From Octopus bimaculoides (lineage: Eukaryota): 64,000 nt of DNA. Below are positions 27,721 to 40,192 of this stretch, piece after piece; position 1 is the stretch's first letter; the number at the start of each line of letters is the position of its first letter. The stretch spans positions 40,337,423 to 40,401,422 of the forward strand of contig NC_068991.1 in the NCBI RefSeq assembly GCF_001194135.2, in the 5' to 3' direction. The notes under the pieces were generated by a model. The model saw nothing but the letters and a program-made list of their open reading frames with translations, made no database searches and was not told the origin of the DNA. The position numbers were made by a program, and so were the translations under genes.

Positions 27721-27728
27721 ATGTATGT
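27594..27728. repeat. (TA)n(TG)n(TATG)n microsatellite
   Basis: Direct reading. Confidence 0.95.
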
Positions 27729-27960
27729 ATTGAAGTAAAAAGTGATATATGAAGCCAACTTTCACATTGGCTTCATATACCTGTGCAAAACAACCTTTAA
27801 CATGTAAAATGCAGTTTTACAATGCAATGTGGGACTCTATTTTTAAAGATAGATGTCCTTTCTAATGCCAACCAATTTATTTGAATTTCTTCAAAGAAAC
27901 TCTATTGTTCTGAGCAGGGAACTTTTGACTTAACTAATAGGACAGCATAGATATGCTTAG

Positions 27961-28134
27961 ACCTTTAGCATTTAAACTAGCCAGTCCTGGCCTCTCAAAC
28001 CTACTCTGCAATGTCATTCTAAAAATAGACAATCATCTTTGAAATCCCAAATTTACAAGATGATACTTGATTAATTTTTTAAAATGCGAATAAACAAACA
28101 TTACATTTTGCAGAATAATCTGAATGCTAAAGGG
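27961..28134. mobile_element. Internally deleted copy of the TTAA MITE
   Basis: acctttagcattt ... aatgctaaaggg|ttaa. Confidence 0.7.
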
Positions 28135-28442
28135 TTAAAATACTGATTATACAATGAGATATTCTAACACAATAACTAAATTTACTGGATTTCTCTTAAC
28201 ATTTTAAATTAGCTCCTGGTCTACTCAGCAGATCTGACCAGGTTTGCTCAGCAGTAGCAATAAAATTCATATTTCAGATCAATAAGTAGATATTTGTTGC
28301 TTCTATAAACTCAGAGTGTACACTACCATCAGTTCGCAGCATTGAAGAAAGTAACAGAAAAAGACATAAGATACACAAGACTTCAAATACTAAAATACAA
28401 AAAAATTACCTACAACTTAAAGCTTAGGTATATATGTACATA

Positions 28443-29353
28443 CAGGGTGCTCAAAAAGTCTCTCCACAGTAAGTATTTTATTGCAAAATAAATATTTATA
28501 AGATGGTACAACACTACAAAAGAATATATTAGACTTTAGAAGACTTTAAAAAACTTTATAAGAAGTGTTGAAAGTGTCATCCTTCATTTTCAATATATAA
28601 GTTGACTCTTCTACACGTTTTGAAATACATCTGGGAGAGTCTGACACAGTATGGACCATGTGATGGTATGTTTGCGTCTTTTAGCTTATTAATGGTTTCC
28701 AGGTGATTCTTGTACACTGATCCTTTGCTTGCTCCCCAGAAAAAAATGTCTGGCAGTGTTAAATCAGGTGATTTTGGTGGCCAAGTCCCTTTGAAATAAT
28801 CCGTTCACCGAAAAACTCTTGAAGTAGAACCACGGTGATGCACAAACTATGTGCTGTAGCTCCATCTTGCTGAAAATATGCATTATTAATTTCACTTTCA
28901 GTGAGTTGGTCCTCAAAATGGATAGACAATATTTGAGCAATATCTCTCGGTGTTGATGGTATTTTCAAAAAATATGGAGCCCACAATACGCTTTCTTGAA
29001 ATTGCAATCCATATTCCAACTTTTTCGAGATGCAGAGGTTGCTCATGCGTCGCGTGTGGATTCTCAGTGCTCCATAAGCTTGTGTTTTGCAAATTTATGT
29101 GCCATGATGTGGAACAACAGTATTTGGAAAAGTTTCACTGAACTTCTGTTTCACAGTGTCTGTGTATTTGGTTCCAGCTTGAAACACCCATTCAACTAAA
29201 AACATACATTCTTCAATGGTTAGCATGCCGACATGCTGAAGGGTACACAATGACTGAGGGACGGTGGCTGACACCCAGCCACCCACACAGTAATAGCCAA
29301 GTTGTGCATGCACAGGATGAAAACAATTTACTGCAGAGAGACTTTTTTGAGCA
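28443..29353 (-). mobile_element. Defective Tc1/mariner-superfamily DNA transposon
   Basis: TA|cagggtgctcaaaaagtctctccacagt at the left end and its decayed reverse complement at 29330-29353. Minus-strand peptides include YFQQDGATAH, FFGERIISKGL and the N-terminal HTH region MLTIEECMFLVEWVF. Confidence 0.85.
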
Positions 29354-29837
29354 TAGATAAATTCACTATATTTTTGATAAATTTTTCAAAAAGATATTGA
29401 CAATCTACAGCTTGTTGAAGAATATTGATTCACCAGAAATGGTTGCATCTTAACAATTCAGAAGATAGTCCAAGTTGAGTTTCATGCATAAANNNNNNNN
29501 NNNNNNNNNNNNNNNNNNNNNNNNNNNNNNNNNNNNNNNNNNNNNNNNNNNNNNNNNNNNNNNNNNNNNNNNNNNNNNNNNNNNNNNNNNNNNNNNNNNN
29601 NNNNNNNNNNNNNNNNNNNNNNNNNNNNNNNNNNNNNNNNNNNNNNNNNNNNNNNNNNNNNNNNNNNNNNNNNNNNNNNNNNNNNNNNNNNNNNNNNNNN
29701 NNNNNNNNNNNNNNNNNNNNNNNNNNNNNNNNNNNNNNNNNNNNNNNNNNNNNNNNNNNNNNNNNNNNNNNNNNNNNNNNNNNNCTAATCAGTTTTTCCA
29801 GTCTTTTGCAATTCTTGGATATGCACAATATTTTTTT

Positions 29838-30024
29838 CTTTTATTTTGCTTGTTTCAATCATTTGACTGTGGCCATGCTGGAGCACCGCCTTTAGTCAAA
29901 CAATTCAACCCCAGGACTTATTCTTTGTAAGCCTAGTACTTATTCTGTTGATTTCTTTTGCCAAACCGCTAAGTGACAGGGATGTAAACACACCAACATC
30001 GGTTGTCAAGCAATGTTGGGGGAA

Positions 30025-30095
<71 letters not shown>

Positions 30096-30252
30096 GACAG
30101 GCTTCTTCCAGCTTCCATCTACCAAATCCACTCACAAGGCTTTTGTCAGCCTGAGGCTACAGTAGAAGACCCTTGCCCTTGGTACCAAGCAGTGGGACTG
30201 AACCCAGAACCATGTCGTTGGGAAACAAGCTTCTTACCACATAGTCGCTCCT
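29838..30252 (-). mobile_element. tRNA-headed SINE, family A, with CR1-like 3' tail
   Basis: Reverse complement reads gtggtaagaagcttgtttcccaac..ggttctgggttcagtccc (A/B-box-like), then a microsatellite, then ggcggtgctccagcatggccacagtcaaatgattgaaacaagc. Confidence 0.85.
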
Positions 30253-30415
30253 TTTCTTAATTTTCCCAAAACTATAGAAAGGTTGTTCCTCCAGGATAAT
30301 CAAGAATATCAGATAATGTAAATCTAGTTGGGATGTTTGTGACTGGTATGGCTTATATTACACAAATAAAGATCAATAAAACAGGAACAAATTGGTATTG
30401 ATTTGTAAGAGTCTT

Positions 30416-30966
30416 GTTGAATTTATGAAGTAAAATGTAAGCAATTGTTTCACAATCGCTTTCAAGACTGTGAAACTTCCTTGCAGTTCTGTCGGAAACA
30501 TGTGAACAAATATTTTGCCTTTTTTGTTTTGAATACAATTAATGATTGTGTCTAATACCCTTGTTGATCATCAAGTTGCTTAGGATATTTTCTAACCACA
30601 AATTGAACTCTAGAATTAGCTTTGTGGCAAAGCACACATTGAACTTCAATTGGTGGTTTTGCTTTTCTTGTCCTGCATCTCTGAGGCAAGTCTTATTTAT
30701 GCAATTTGTCTCCACCCATTGCTAAAATTATATCCTGAATAACAGTGATTGTCACATAACAATAGTGTCACTGAGGAAGTTGGCAACACCTCAGTTGCTG
30801 TATTTGATGTTTATAAACTTCAGATGGGTCTCCTCTAAATTTTAGCTACAAATTCAATAGGAAATGATATCACTCATATTTTCAGTAGGTCTGAAAGGGA
30901 GTTTCACAGTCCTAAAGATGATTGTGAAACAATTGTTTACATTTTACTTTATAAATTTCACACAAC
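30416..30966. mobile_element. MITE-like element with ~75-bp imperfect terminal inverted repeats
   Basis: 30416-30486 (gaatttatgaagtaaaatgtaagcaattgtttcacaatcg...) is close to the reverse complement of 30891-30966 (...attgtgaaacaattgtttacattttactttataaatttc). Confidence 0.6.
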
Positions 30967-31530
30967 TTACCATTTTGTTACATCTTTGTTGTCTTCCTTT
31001 CTATGATCAATGACATTCTATTCTCTTAACCTTCCTGACTAGAACTACATTATCTATTATACCCTTTTTTTTTTTAAGACAGTTGTAATTTGAGGGGAAT
31101 TTGGTTGCTCTTTCTTGCATTCCGAGCCACAACATAGAAGTTATATTGTATCTCACAAACTAAAGCTTTTCTTGATAATATAGTCAAAACAGTTGCCTAT
31201 ATATAAGTTCTATGGATCATAAAATTACTTTAGAATGCAAAAAGTAGAGGAAATGAATTAAAAATGACTAACCAACAATTCTATTGAAACTCAAATAAAT
31301 AAAATTATGCTATTAGGATGTTTTTAGAAAATCCCAATATAACACTGTTACGAAAATGGAGAATACCAAAAGAGCCAGACAGAGGTTATGATAGAAAAAA
31401 AAATATAAAAGGGAGAATATCAGAACCCTAAATATTTTTTTTTTCTGGTCAGAGTAAGATGCCAGATGAGTCCTACAAAGTCATTTTGCTTTTATCTTTT
31501 CAGTTGACCATACATCCTCCTGAGAATTTT

Positions 31531-31563
<33 letters not shown>

Positions 31564-31578
31564 NNNNNNNNNNATATA

Positions 31579-32741
31579 CAGGGGTTGAACAAAATAATGG
31601 AAACACCTTAAAATTTCAAACAAATTAATTTTAATATGGGGTAGGACTGCCCTTGGTCCTACCCCATTACAGCTTGAATTCTATGAGGTATGGACTCGTA
31701 CAAAGTTTGATTTGTTTCCACAGGAATTTTTGATCATTCTTCAGCTAAAATAGTCTCCAGTTCTTGTAGTGATGATGGAGGAGGATATCAACTCCTTACT
31801 TGTTTTTCTAAAATGCACCGTAAATGTTCAATAATATTGAGATCTGGGGAAAACAGTTCTGCAACCATAGGATGAATTTGATCAGATAAAATGCTTCAAT
31901 AGTCTTGACTATTAATTCTGCCATGAAGGGAAACTATTGGGCCAGCGGATTTCCAAGATATACCCCACCCCCAGATCATCACAGATTCTCTTCCATGTTT
32001 AATAGTTGGAAGAAGGCAATCTGGGTCAAATACTTCTTTTGGATGTCTCCACACATATACTCAGCTGGTGGTCAGAAATAAGGTAAAGGATGGCTCATCC
32101 AAGAAAATAACATTCTTCCACTGCTCTAGGGAACAATTCTGTACGTCTTTACTCCGCTCTAAACGCTTTGCAACATTTGTTTTTGAAAGAAGTGGTTTTC
32201 TTATTGCAGCCCTCCCGTGAAATCTGGTTTTGTGCAGCTCCCAGCAAACAAATTTTGTGGAAACTGGGTTCTCAAGGTGGTCATTAAGCTCTGCAGTAAT
32301 TTTGGGAACTGTACTTTTGTGATTCTTTCTAACAATTTGCATAAGAGTCTGACAGTCCCTATCTGAAAGTTCTGGTTTTTCTTCCAGAGTTTTGGTTCGA
32401 TGACAAGGTTTTTTTTCCTCTTTCTCAAAAGCTGTCATTACTATCGAGACAATACTTCTTGATACACCAAACATTTCAGCTGTTTTTGTTACACTAGTGC
32501 CTGTCATACGAGCACCAAGAATTTGACCTCTTTGAAAGTCTGATAGATCTGTCATTTTAATGAATTTTAATTAGCTTTTTCTGATGATATCTGAAAAGAA
32601 ACAGTAATTTTAGCAAAACATATTAAACAACATTAATAATAATAAAAAAGATAAATAAATAAACTAGCTTTTGATGGTTTTATAGATATTTCAAAATTAT
32701 GATGCTATGATACTAGGTGTTTCCATCATTTTGTCCAACCC

Positions 32742-32744
<3 letters not shown>
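31579..32744 (-). mobile_element. Tc1-family DNA transposon, near full length, transposase inactivated
   Basis: 30-bp TIRs identical at 28 of 30 positions (caggggttgaacaaaataatggaaacacct) with TA on both sides. ORF 32061-32555 encodes the paired-like HTH and VIFLDEPSF (first catalytic D); SPDLNIIE lies downstream. Confidence 0.95.
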
Positions 32745-32799
<55 letters not shown>

Positions 32800-32992
32800 C
32801 TCATGTTCAACTAAGATGTGGTGCACAGTACCAGAAGTTTTAGTCAAAAATAGCAAACTACTCCAAATCTTTGTTAGATTATCCAAACAAGTAGAGTCTA
32901 GACTGGCATTGAGTTATGTAAGTTGTAATGATGAAGTCAAATCAAACTCTGATATTTTGCAATCATTTAATACATATATTTCTAATTTGCAT

Positions 32993-33103
32993 AATATATA
33001 ATCGGAAATGCATCCATTATGTAAATTTTCCTCAGTTAAACCATTTTGAAATGCTTTGACTGAGGAAAGTTTACATAATGGATGTGTTTCCTATTTATAT
33101 ATT
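32993..33103. repeat. Palindromic hairpin (43-pair core at 33004-33091)
   Basis: On the + strand: 38 Watson-Crick pairs, 4 G-U pairs and 1 C-C mismatch, with TA-rich complementary flanks. Confidence 0.9.
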
Positions 33104-33384
33104 ACTTGAAATATACATATTAAATTATTTAAAAATATCACTATTTGGTTCATTATTACAACTTACGTTGAAAAAGGCAGAAGAATGGAGAATTATACAT
33201 TTTCAATCTGCTGGCACATGTTTTGCATAGATGGGTAAATTACATCATTCTGAAATGCAATAGCCATGTATATTAATAAATCCCATATTTGATTGACTAT
33301 GATTCTACAAGGATTGAGAAATTTAACACAATCCTATCCTTACCAAATGGTATAGCTTTGAAAAGGACAGGATGGTGTTAAAAT

Positions 33385-33392
<8 letters not shown>

Positions 33393-33444
<52 letters not shown>
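33393..33444. repeat. (CT)n microsatellite; another at 35897-35943
   Basis: Direct reading. Confidence 0.95.
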
Positions 33445-33447
<3 letters not shown>

Positions 33448-34659
33448 TAGAATCTAAGTTGGTCAAATACGGGATGGGTTAATATGCATGATTACTGTCC
33501 TGCAGAATTATGTAATTTACCCTTCTATCTGAAACAATTTAAAGCTGATTAAAAATGTATAAGTCGCCATTCTTTTGTGTTTTTCTATTATACTCTGTAA
33601 ACTGAACCTATTGAGCATTTGGACTTTGAATTTACAAATTAGACAGATAGCAAAAAGTAAATCTACAGCCTGTACAGATTGCAATGGTTCTCACTGGACA
33701 ATTTAGTTAGCCAAGTTTTATCACTAGAGAGTGCTTTTAAAGTATTCACCTGGATTTTCAATCCCCTTTTTCCTTTGCATTTGTGTGTGTATAGATTGAT
33801 AGACAGACACACAGACAGACATTCTTGTATATCTTAATTCAGTTCTAAATTTGTTTTCATTTACTTTTTACTTTAGGTGTCATCTACAAACATAAGCTAG
33901 TTTTCAAATATTTTTTTTTCCCTTCACAATATTCATGGAAGCTAGATTTTCTCTTCAAGCTAAACCATCTTGTTTGGTGTCTGAACTGAATTCTTTTTCC
34001 ATAATTACATTTTTCATATTCAGTTGGTCTTCATACGTTTCTCAAATCTTTTGCCTTCATTACTCATGTTACAATACCTTTTAAATATGATCTGCATGTT
34101 CTTTTTCTTCCTTTCTTTCCTTTTTTTTTTGTGTAATCAAGGCTAGGACTTCTCACTGTTATCGATCTTTTTGGTTACCATTTTTATTGACTATCTTCAC
34201 TATCTTGTTGAAAGTGATAGAGCTCTTACCAGGCAGCTTTAGGTCTGATTCACTCAGATTCTTGTAATACTTTCTCAGATTTTACTCCGCATTCATCCAC
34301 ATGAAATTTGTCTTTCACCTAATTGTAAGAAATATCATCACAGCCTTTTTCATTTTTTTGTATGGTTATGTATTTATGCTATTATATTAATATCAGAAAT
34401 ATGGAATATTCAACCCAGTGAGATTTTTATATGAATAATATTTGTCTCATATGTATTGTCTATAACTATTGTAATTCCTATTTCTGTTGACACCTTAAAA
34501 ATATTTTGGGGTTTTTTGTTTTGTTTTTATTTTCAAATCAGTTCTTATATTGATACTGTGCTAATTAAAAGTGCATAAAGCAAGACATAAACTTAGATGA
34601 GCTTCCTTTACTCTTTTGCTAAGTTATACACTGCATTCAAATACACACATACATATCAC

Positions 34660-34997
34660 CATCATCATTTAACGTCCATTGTCCATGCTGTCATGGGTTG
34701 GCCGGTTTGACAAGGGCTGGTAAGCTGGAAGACTGCATCAGACTTCAGTCTGATTTGGCATGGTTTTCTTCGGCTGGATGTCCTTCCTAACGCCAACCAC
34801 TCTGAGAGTGTAATGGGTGCTTCTACATGCCACCGGCACGGGTTCCTTTTCCATGACACTAGTATCTTCCATGATTACAATTTTGCTCAGCTTGATGGGT
34901 CTTTTCAAGTATGATATAATGCCAAAGGTCTCAGTCATTACCTCCATGAGGCCCAACGCTCAAAAGGAACTCAGCCACTTTGCCTCTATGAGGCCCA
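34660..34997 (-). mobile_element. 5'-truncated RTE-type LINE end (last codons, 3'UTR and (GAT)n tail)
   Basis: catcatcatttaacgtcc...ccatgc.g.catgggttgg tail shared with 37613 and 62355. The minus-strand segment ttgggcctcatggagg...gacctttggcatta...cttgaaaagaccc resembles an RTE ORF end. Confidence 0.7.
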
Positions 34998-35009
34998 AAA
35001 TATATAGTC

Positions 35010-35370
35010 ACAGGCATGGCTGTGTGGTAAGAAGCTTGCTTCCCAACCACATTTTTCCAGGTTCAATCCCATTGCATAGCACCTAGAGCAAGTGTCCTCT
35101 ACTATAGCCTCAGGCTGACCAAAGCCTTGTGAGTGGATTTGGTAAGCAGAAACTGTCTATGTGTCTATATCTTTATGTCTGTGTTTGCCTATACCCACCC
35201 ACCCATCACCAGTGTTGGTATGTTTACATCCCTGTAACTTAGCAGTTTAGCAAAAGACCAATAGAATAAGTACTAGGCTTAAGAAATAAGTCCTGGGGGC
35301 AACTGCTCAAGTAAAACCCTCCAGCATGGCCACAGTCAAATGACTGAAACAAGTAAAAGAATAAGAGAAT
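35010..35370 (+). mobile_element. tRNA-headed SINE, family A, with CR1-like 3' tail; related copies at 38833-39162 and 51836-52150
   Basis: gcatggctgtgtggtaagaagcttgcttcccaaccac..ggttcaatccc head and ccagcatggccacagtcaaatgactgaaacaagtaaaaga end. Confidence 0.85.
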
Positions 35371-35893
35371 ATATATCGGACTATTTACGACCTGTTTCAT
35401 AATGGCATCTCAAGATGTCCATATTTCATTATGAGCCTGTCCCCTCCCTCTCTCTTCAGAGAGAGATACTTTGATAGGGTAGCATCTATGAACAAAGGTA
35501 TTTCTGTTGTAACCATCTCATTTTTTGGTGGTTGGGTATCTAGGAATACATTGTCTAATGCATTGCCTTTTCTTTTTATTTTTAAAACAGTGGGTGGTGA
35601 TTTGAAAGTGATTTAGTTATTATTTCTCACAGGTTAAGCTACCATGTAGAGACTGGTTCATCTCTAATCTAGATGGCCAGGTAGTAGCAGTAGGCTGCTC
35701 AGAATGACAACAGAGTGGTAAATTAGGTTAGCAAAGACATTAGGTAATACAAGATTTGAAATACAGAATGAAGAAAGGATTTTGAATATCACACAGCATT
35801 AATAAAGAGGTGTGATTGTGATATATAGCCATTCCAATTAACAAATATGTTTACACCTTACCTGCATTGGAAACCAGAAGTTAAATATGTTTG

Positions 35894-35947
<54 letters not shown>

Positions 35948-37612
35948 TGGTGAAATGGGTGAGTAGAAGACTTAATACTGAATAAGTTTCCTTGTCTGTC
36001 TAATGTCCGGCTGTTAGTTCAGTTTTTGTTATTGTTGTTGTCCTCTATCTTCATTTCTTTACCTGATCTCAAACCTATTCTGATATTCTATTGGGTGTCA
36101 TTTCTTGTTTATTTGTTCCTACAATCACAGACTCTTATCTAACCATTAATTCGTAAGTCTTTTAAACACTAATATTCGTTTTTGCTCATTTCTTTTTGTG
36201 AATTCAGCATCCAGTTGCTCCTTACTTTCTATGACTGTAAACAGAGTTGACAACAGCTATTCCATATTATATTTTTGTATAACTGTGTGAGTGCCTGTGC
36301 AAGCACTTGTATGCATACACACACACACACACACACACATACACATCCATGCTCTTATACAAATCCCAATATTCTCTTTGTCAGTTATAACAAGCCTATG
36401 ATTCTTAAAATAAAACAAATGACAAAGAAATGTGGTGATGATAATCTTTTAAGTATGTGTGTGTGTAGAGGTGAAGTTGCATGTTATTAGTTGCTGTCCT
36501 CCAACTGTTACAGGATTTGGTTACATTTTATCTATAGTACTAAGGTACACAAACAGCAACTGTGATATTCTTGATGGCTAATTTTATAATTTAAGTTGTT
36601 AAAATGAAGACTAAAGCATTTTCTCCCATTTTAAAATTATTTTGTGAATATATTTACATTATTTATTTTTGCTTTAAATTGTTTGCAATATCTAACTATA
36701 TGAAATAAATTTTGATACATTTGACATATATTCTACCAAGTAGTAGCTGAGAAATTTTATGATAGATGTTGTCTTTGAAGCAAGCATTCTAAACAATGAG
36801 TCAGTTATTAATGTACTGTTAAGTTTTATTAATTCCATGAATAAGTATTGTGCAAGAGTAGAGCATACAAACAACACACACACATACACACATATTAATG
36901 AAAATTAAATTGTTCTAGTTTACCAGAACTGTCATTTTTTTCTTTACTGGATCATACAAACTCAGTTATGGTTATTTTATAATTTCTAATTCAAAATCAT
37001 TTGTCAGTTATCTTTATACCTTAGCAGTGCAAGGAAGCAATATAAGATTCATGCTTTGGTCAACTCTCTCTAAACTGCAACAGAATCCATGCAAAATAAT
37101 TGAATTGATGCCTTTCTTCTTTCATACCTTTATTTGGTGAACTCTTTTATAAGATTTACCATTAAGACTAGAAATATTAATTTATTGACAATAGTTTAAT
37201 ACTAAAATGTTTCTTTATATAATATCGTTTCAAGGGTTGTTAGTGGTTGTAAATTATTGAAACTATTAGATGTATCACTGATATTGTTTTTGACAGAAGT
37301 GCTTGGGGTACTTAGAAAAAGCAAAGACAAGAAGAATTCAGCGGTAAAGGAATGAAAGAATAAACAGTCTTTATCATTTTATATCAATGTTAAGGTGGCG
37401 AGATGGCAGAATCATTAGCAAACAAGTACCAGTTGTGTACTGAGGTTAATGTAATCAACTTAGCCCTCCCCACCGAAATTGGTGGTCTTGTCCCAAAATT
37501 TGAAATCCTTTTTTTTTTACATCAATGTTTCTCAACTTTTGTTGTCTTATTACTACCTTTGATTTACCTTAAAAAAACCTGCACCTCATCATAAGCAAAC
37601 AGAGTATATATA

Positions 37613-38715
37613 TCATCATCATCATCATCATCATCATCGTTTAACGTCCGCTTTCCATGCTAGCATGGGTTGGACGATTTGACTGAGGACTGGTGAAACT
37701 GGATGGCAACACCAGGCTCCAATCTAATTTGGCAGAGTTTCTACAGCTGGATGCCCTTCCTAATGCCAACCACTCAGAGAGTGTAGTGGGTGCTTTTACG
37801 TGTCACCCGCACGAAAACGGCCACGCTCGAAATGGTGTCTTTTATGTGCCACCTGCACAAGCCAGTCCAGGGGCACTGGCAACGATCTCACTCAAAAATC
37901 CTACAGNNNNNNNNNNNNNNNNNNNNNNNNNNNNNNNNNNNNNNNNNNNNNNNNNNNNNNNNNNNNNNNNNNNNNNNNNNNNNNNNNNNNNNNNNNNNNN
38001 NNNNNNNNNNNNNNNNNNNNNNNNNNNNNNNNNNNNNNNNNNNNNNNNNNNNNNNNNNNNNNNNNNNNNNNNNNNNNNNNNNNNNNNNNNNNNNNNNNNN
38101 NNNNNNNNNNNNNNNNNNNNNNNNNNNNNNNNNNNNNNNNNNNNNNNNNNNNNNNNNNNNNNNNNNNNNNNNNNNNNNNNNNNNNNNNNNNNNNNNNNNN
38201 NNNNNNNNNNNNNNNNNNNNNNNNNNNNNNNNNNNNNNNNNNNNNNNNNNNNNNNNNNNNNNNNNNNNNNNNNNNNNNNNNNNNNNNNNNNNNNNNNNNN
38301 NNNNNNNNNNNNNNNNNNNNNNNNNNNNNNNNNNNNNNNNNNNNNNNNNNNNNNNNNNNNNNNNNNNNNNNNNNNNNNNNNNNNNNNNNNNNNNNNNNNN
38401 NNNNNNNNNNNNNNNNNNNNNNNNNNNNNNNNNNNNNNNNNNNNNNNNNNNNNNNNNNNNNNNNNNNNNNNNNNNNNNNNNNNNNNNNNNNNNNNNNNNN
38501 NNNNNNNNNNNNNNNNNNGTTGTTTCCTGTTTGTTTACAGTCTTTATTGCACCTGAACATCTGCCACAAACAAAAACTAACTTGCTAGTTAACCTGCCTT
38601 TGATGTTGCTGCACCTCTTATGTGTCCATAGCTTGCACCCAGTACATCTTATAGAGTTACTACCTACTCCTTTTCTACATACTGAGCAGGGCCATCTACC
38701 TGAAGGGGTTTGTGT
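37613..38715 (-). mobile_element. 5'-truncated RTE-type LINE spanning an assembly gap (37907-38518)
   Basis: RTE-type tail at 37613-37906 and the Cys-rich ORF2 segment GRWPCSVCRKGVGSNSIRCTGCKLWTHKRCS...FVCGRC at 38519-38715, both on the minus strand. Confidence 0.75.
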
Positions 38716-38717
38716 TT

Positions 38718-38748
<31 letters not shown>

Positions 38749-40192
38749 CACGGCGGTGCATCAGCATGGCCGCAGCTCTAAGCTGAAACTATATAAAAGA
38801 TGTGTGTGTGTGTGTGTGTTGAAATGAAAATTTCTTCCAAACCACATGGTCCCAAGTTCAGTCCTACTGTGTGGCACCTTGGGCACAGCTCTTCTACTAT
38901 AGCCTCAGACTGACCACAGCTTTGTGAGTGGATTTGCTAGACAGAAACTGAAAGAAGCCCCTCATATATGTATACATATATGTGTGTGTTTGTGTGTATG
39001 TATCTATGCATGTGTAACTTTGTGTATATGTTTGTCCCCACCATCACTTGACAATTAGTATTGGCATGTTTACATCCCTGTAACTTAGCAGTTTGACAAA
39101 AGAGACTGAAAAGAACAAGTACTAGGCTTAAAAAAATAAGTCCTGGGGTTAATTTGTTTGATCCCATGCTCCACTGAAATATTGCTATGAATCACAAGTA
39201 GAGCCTGTGCCTCCATTTTGAGAAACACTGCTATATATCCTACATGGGCTTCTTCATTTCTTTTCATTGTTTTCTATGAAAAGTAAAATCAAATTACAAA
39301 AAAAAAAAGCAAGATTTAAAAAAATAAGCTCTATTATTCATGAGTCTTTTAGAAATAGTAGCAAGATGCAAAACGTTGTTAGAAAAATAGCTAGTCCTAA
39401 AAATATATACCTAAAATGTTTGTTACAAAAGCAATAAAATATTGATGTTAGTTAGGTATCTTAACTGTTTCTATCAAAGCCAGCTATAGATTATTCTTGT
39501 CAGAAAATGGTTGTAAGGAGCAAAGCATTATTAAAAAAAAAAAAAAAAAAAGAACCAGTCCTAAAAATACTTTATCTAAAAAGTTATAAAAGTCATAAAA
39601 TATCGATATTAACAAGGTATCTTAACTATTTCAAAGCCAACCCAGCTGTGTAAAGTTTTTTTTTTTCTTTTTGTTGGCTTTTTTACCCAGTGGAGACAGC
39701 TTAATAGAACAGTGCTGATGTAGACCTATACATCACCATCTTCTTTAAGTGGTTTACCCTTCAGTAATGTACATTTATATTAATACATCATCATGTTCTT
39801 TTGTTTACCATTCAGCAAGGTTCTTTGGTAAACAGATATGAATTCATTTTTAAAATGTGCTTGGAATAGCATCACTACAGGAACACCTGCTTTAAGAATC
39901 TCCAGTCTGCCAAGTTAGACTAGTGCAGAAATATACTGAATGGAAGAAGGGTCAGTACATAACTAGCTCATATAATTGGTTGAGACCAAAATCAAAATTT
40001 TCCTTATCTTTTAGTGTAATAAAGGAAGAACTTATATAAATTATTTTAACTTAAATATATAACTTTACTTGGCTTAATTTTCCCAAGAACATCCTTAAAA
40101 AATGTCTTGGAACAGTACCCCTTTAAAATTAATTTTTTGACTCATCAATAATCTTTAAATGGTTCAACTACTTTTCTGCATCCTAACATAGT

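Noticed and set aside
35010-35090. tRNA genes at the SINE heads
   Set aside because: A/B-box-like motifs are present, but there is no complete cloverleaf and the sequence runs on into SINE body.
37693-38827. The longest ORFs in the track (222-345 aa; also 29430-29930)
   Set aside because: Their length comes from N runs; the real parts are repeat-derived.
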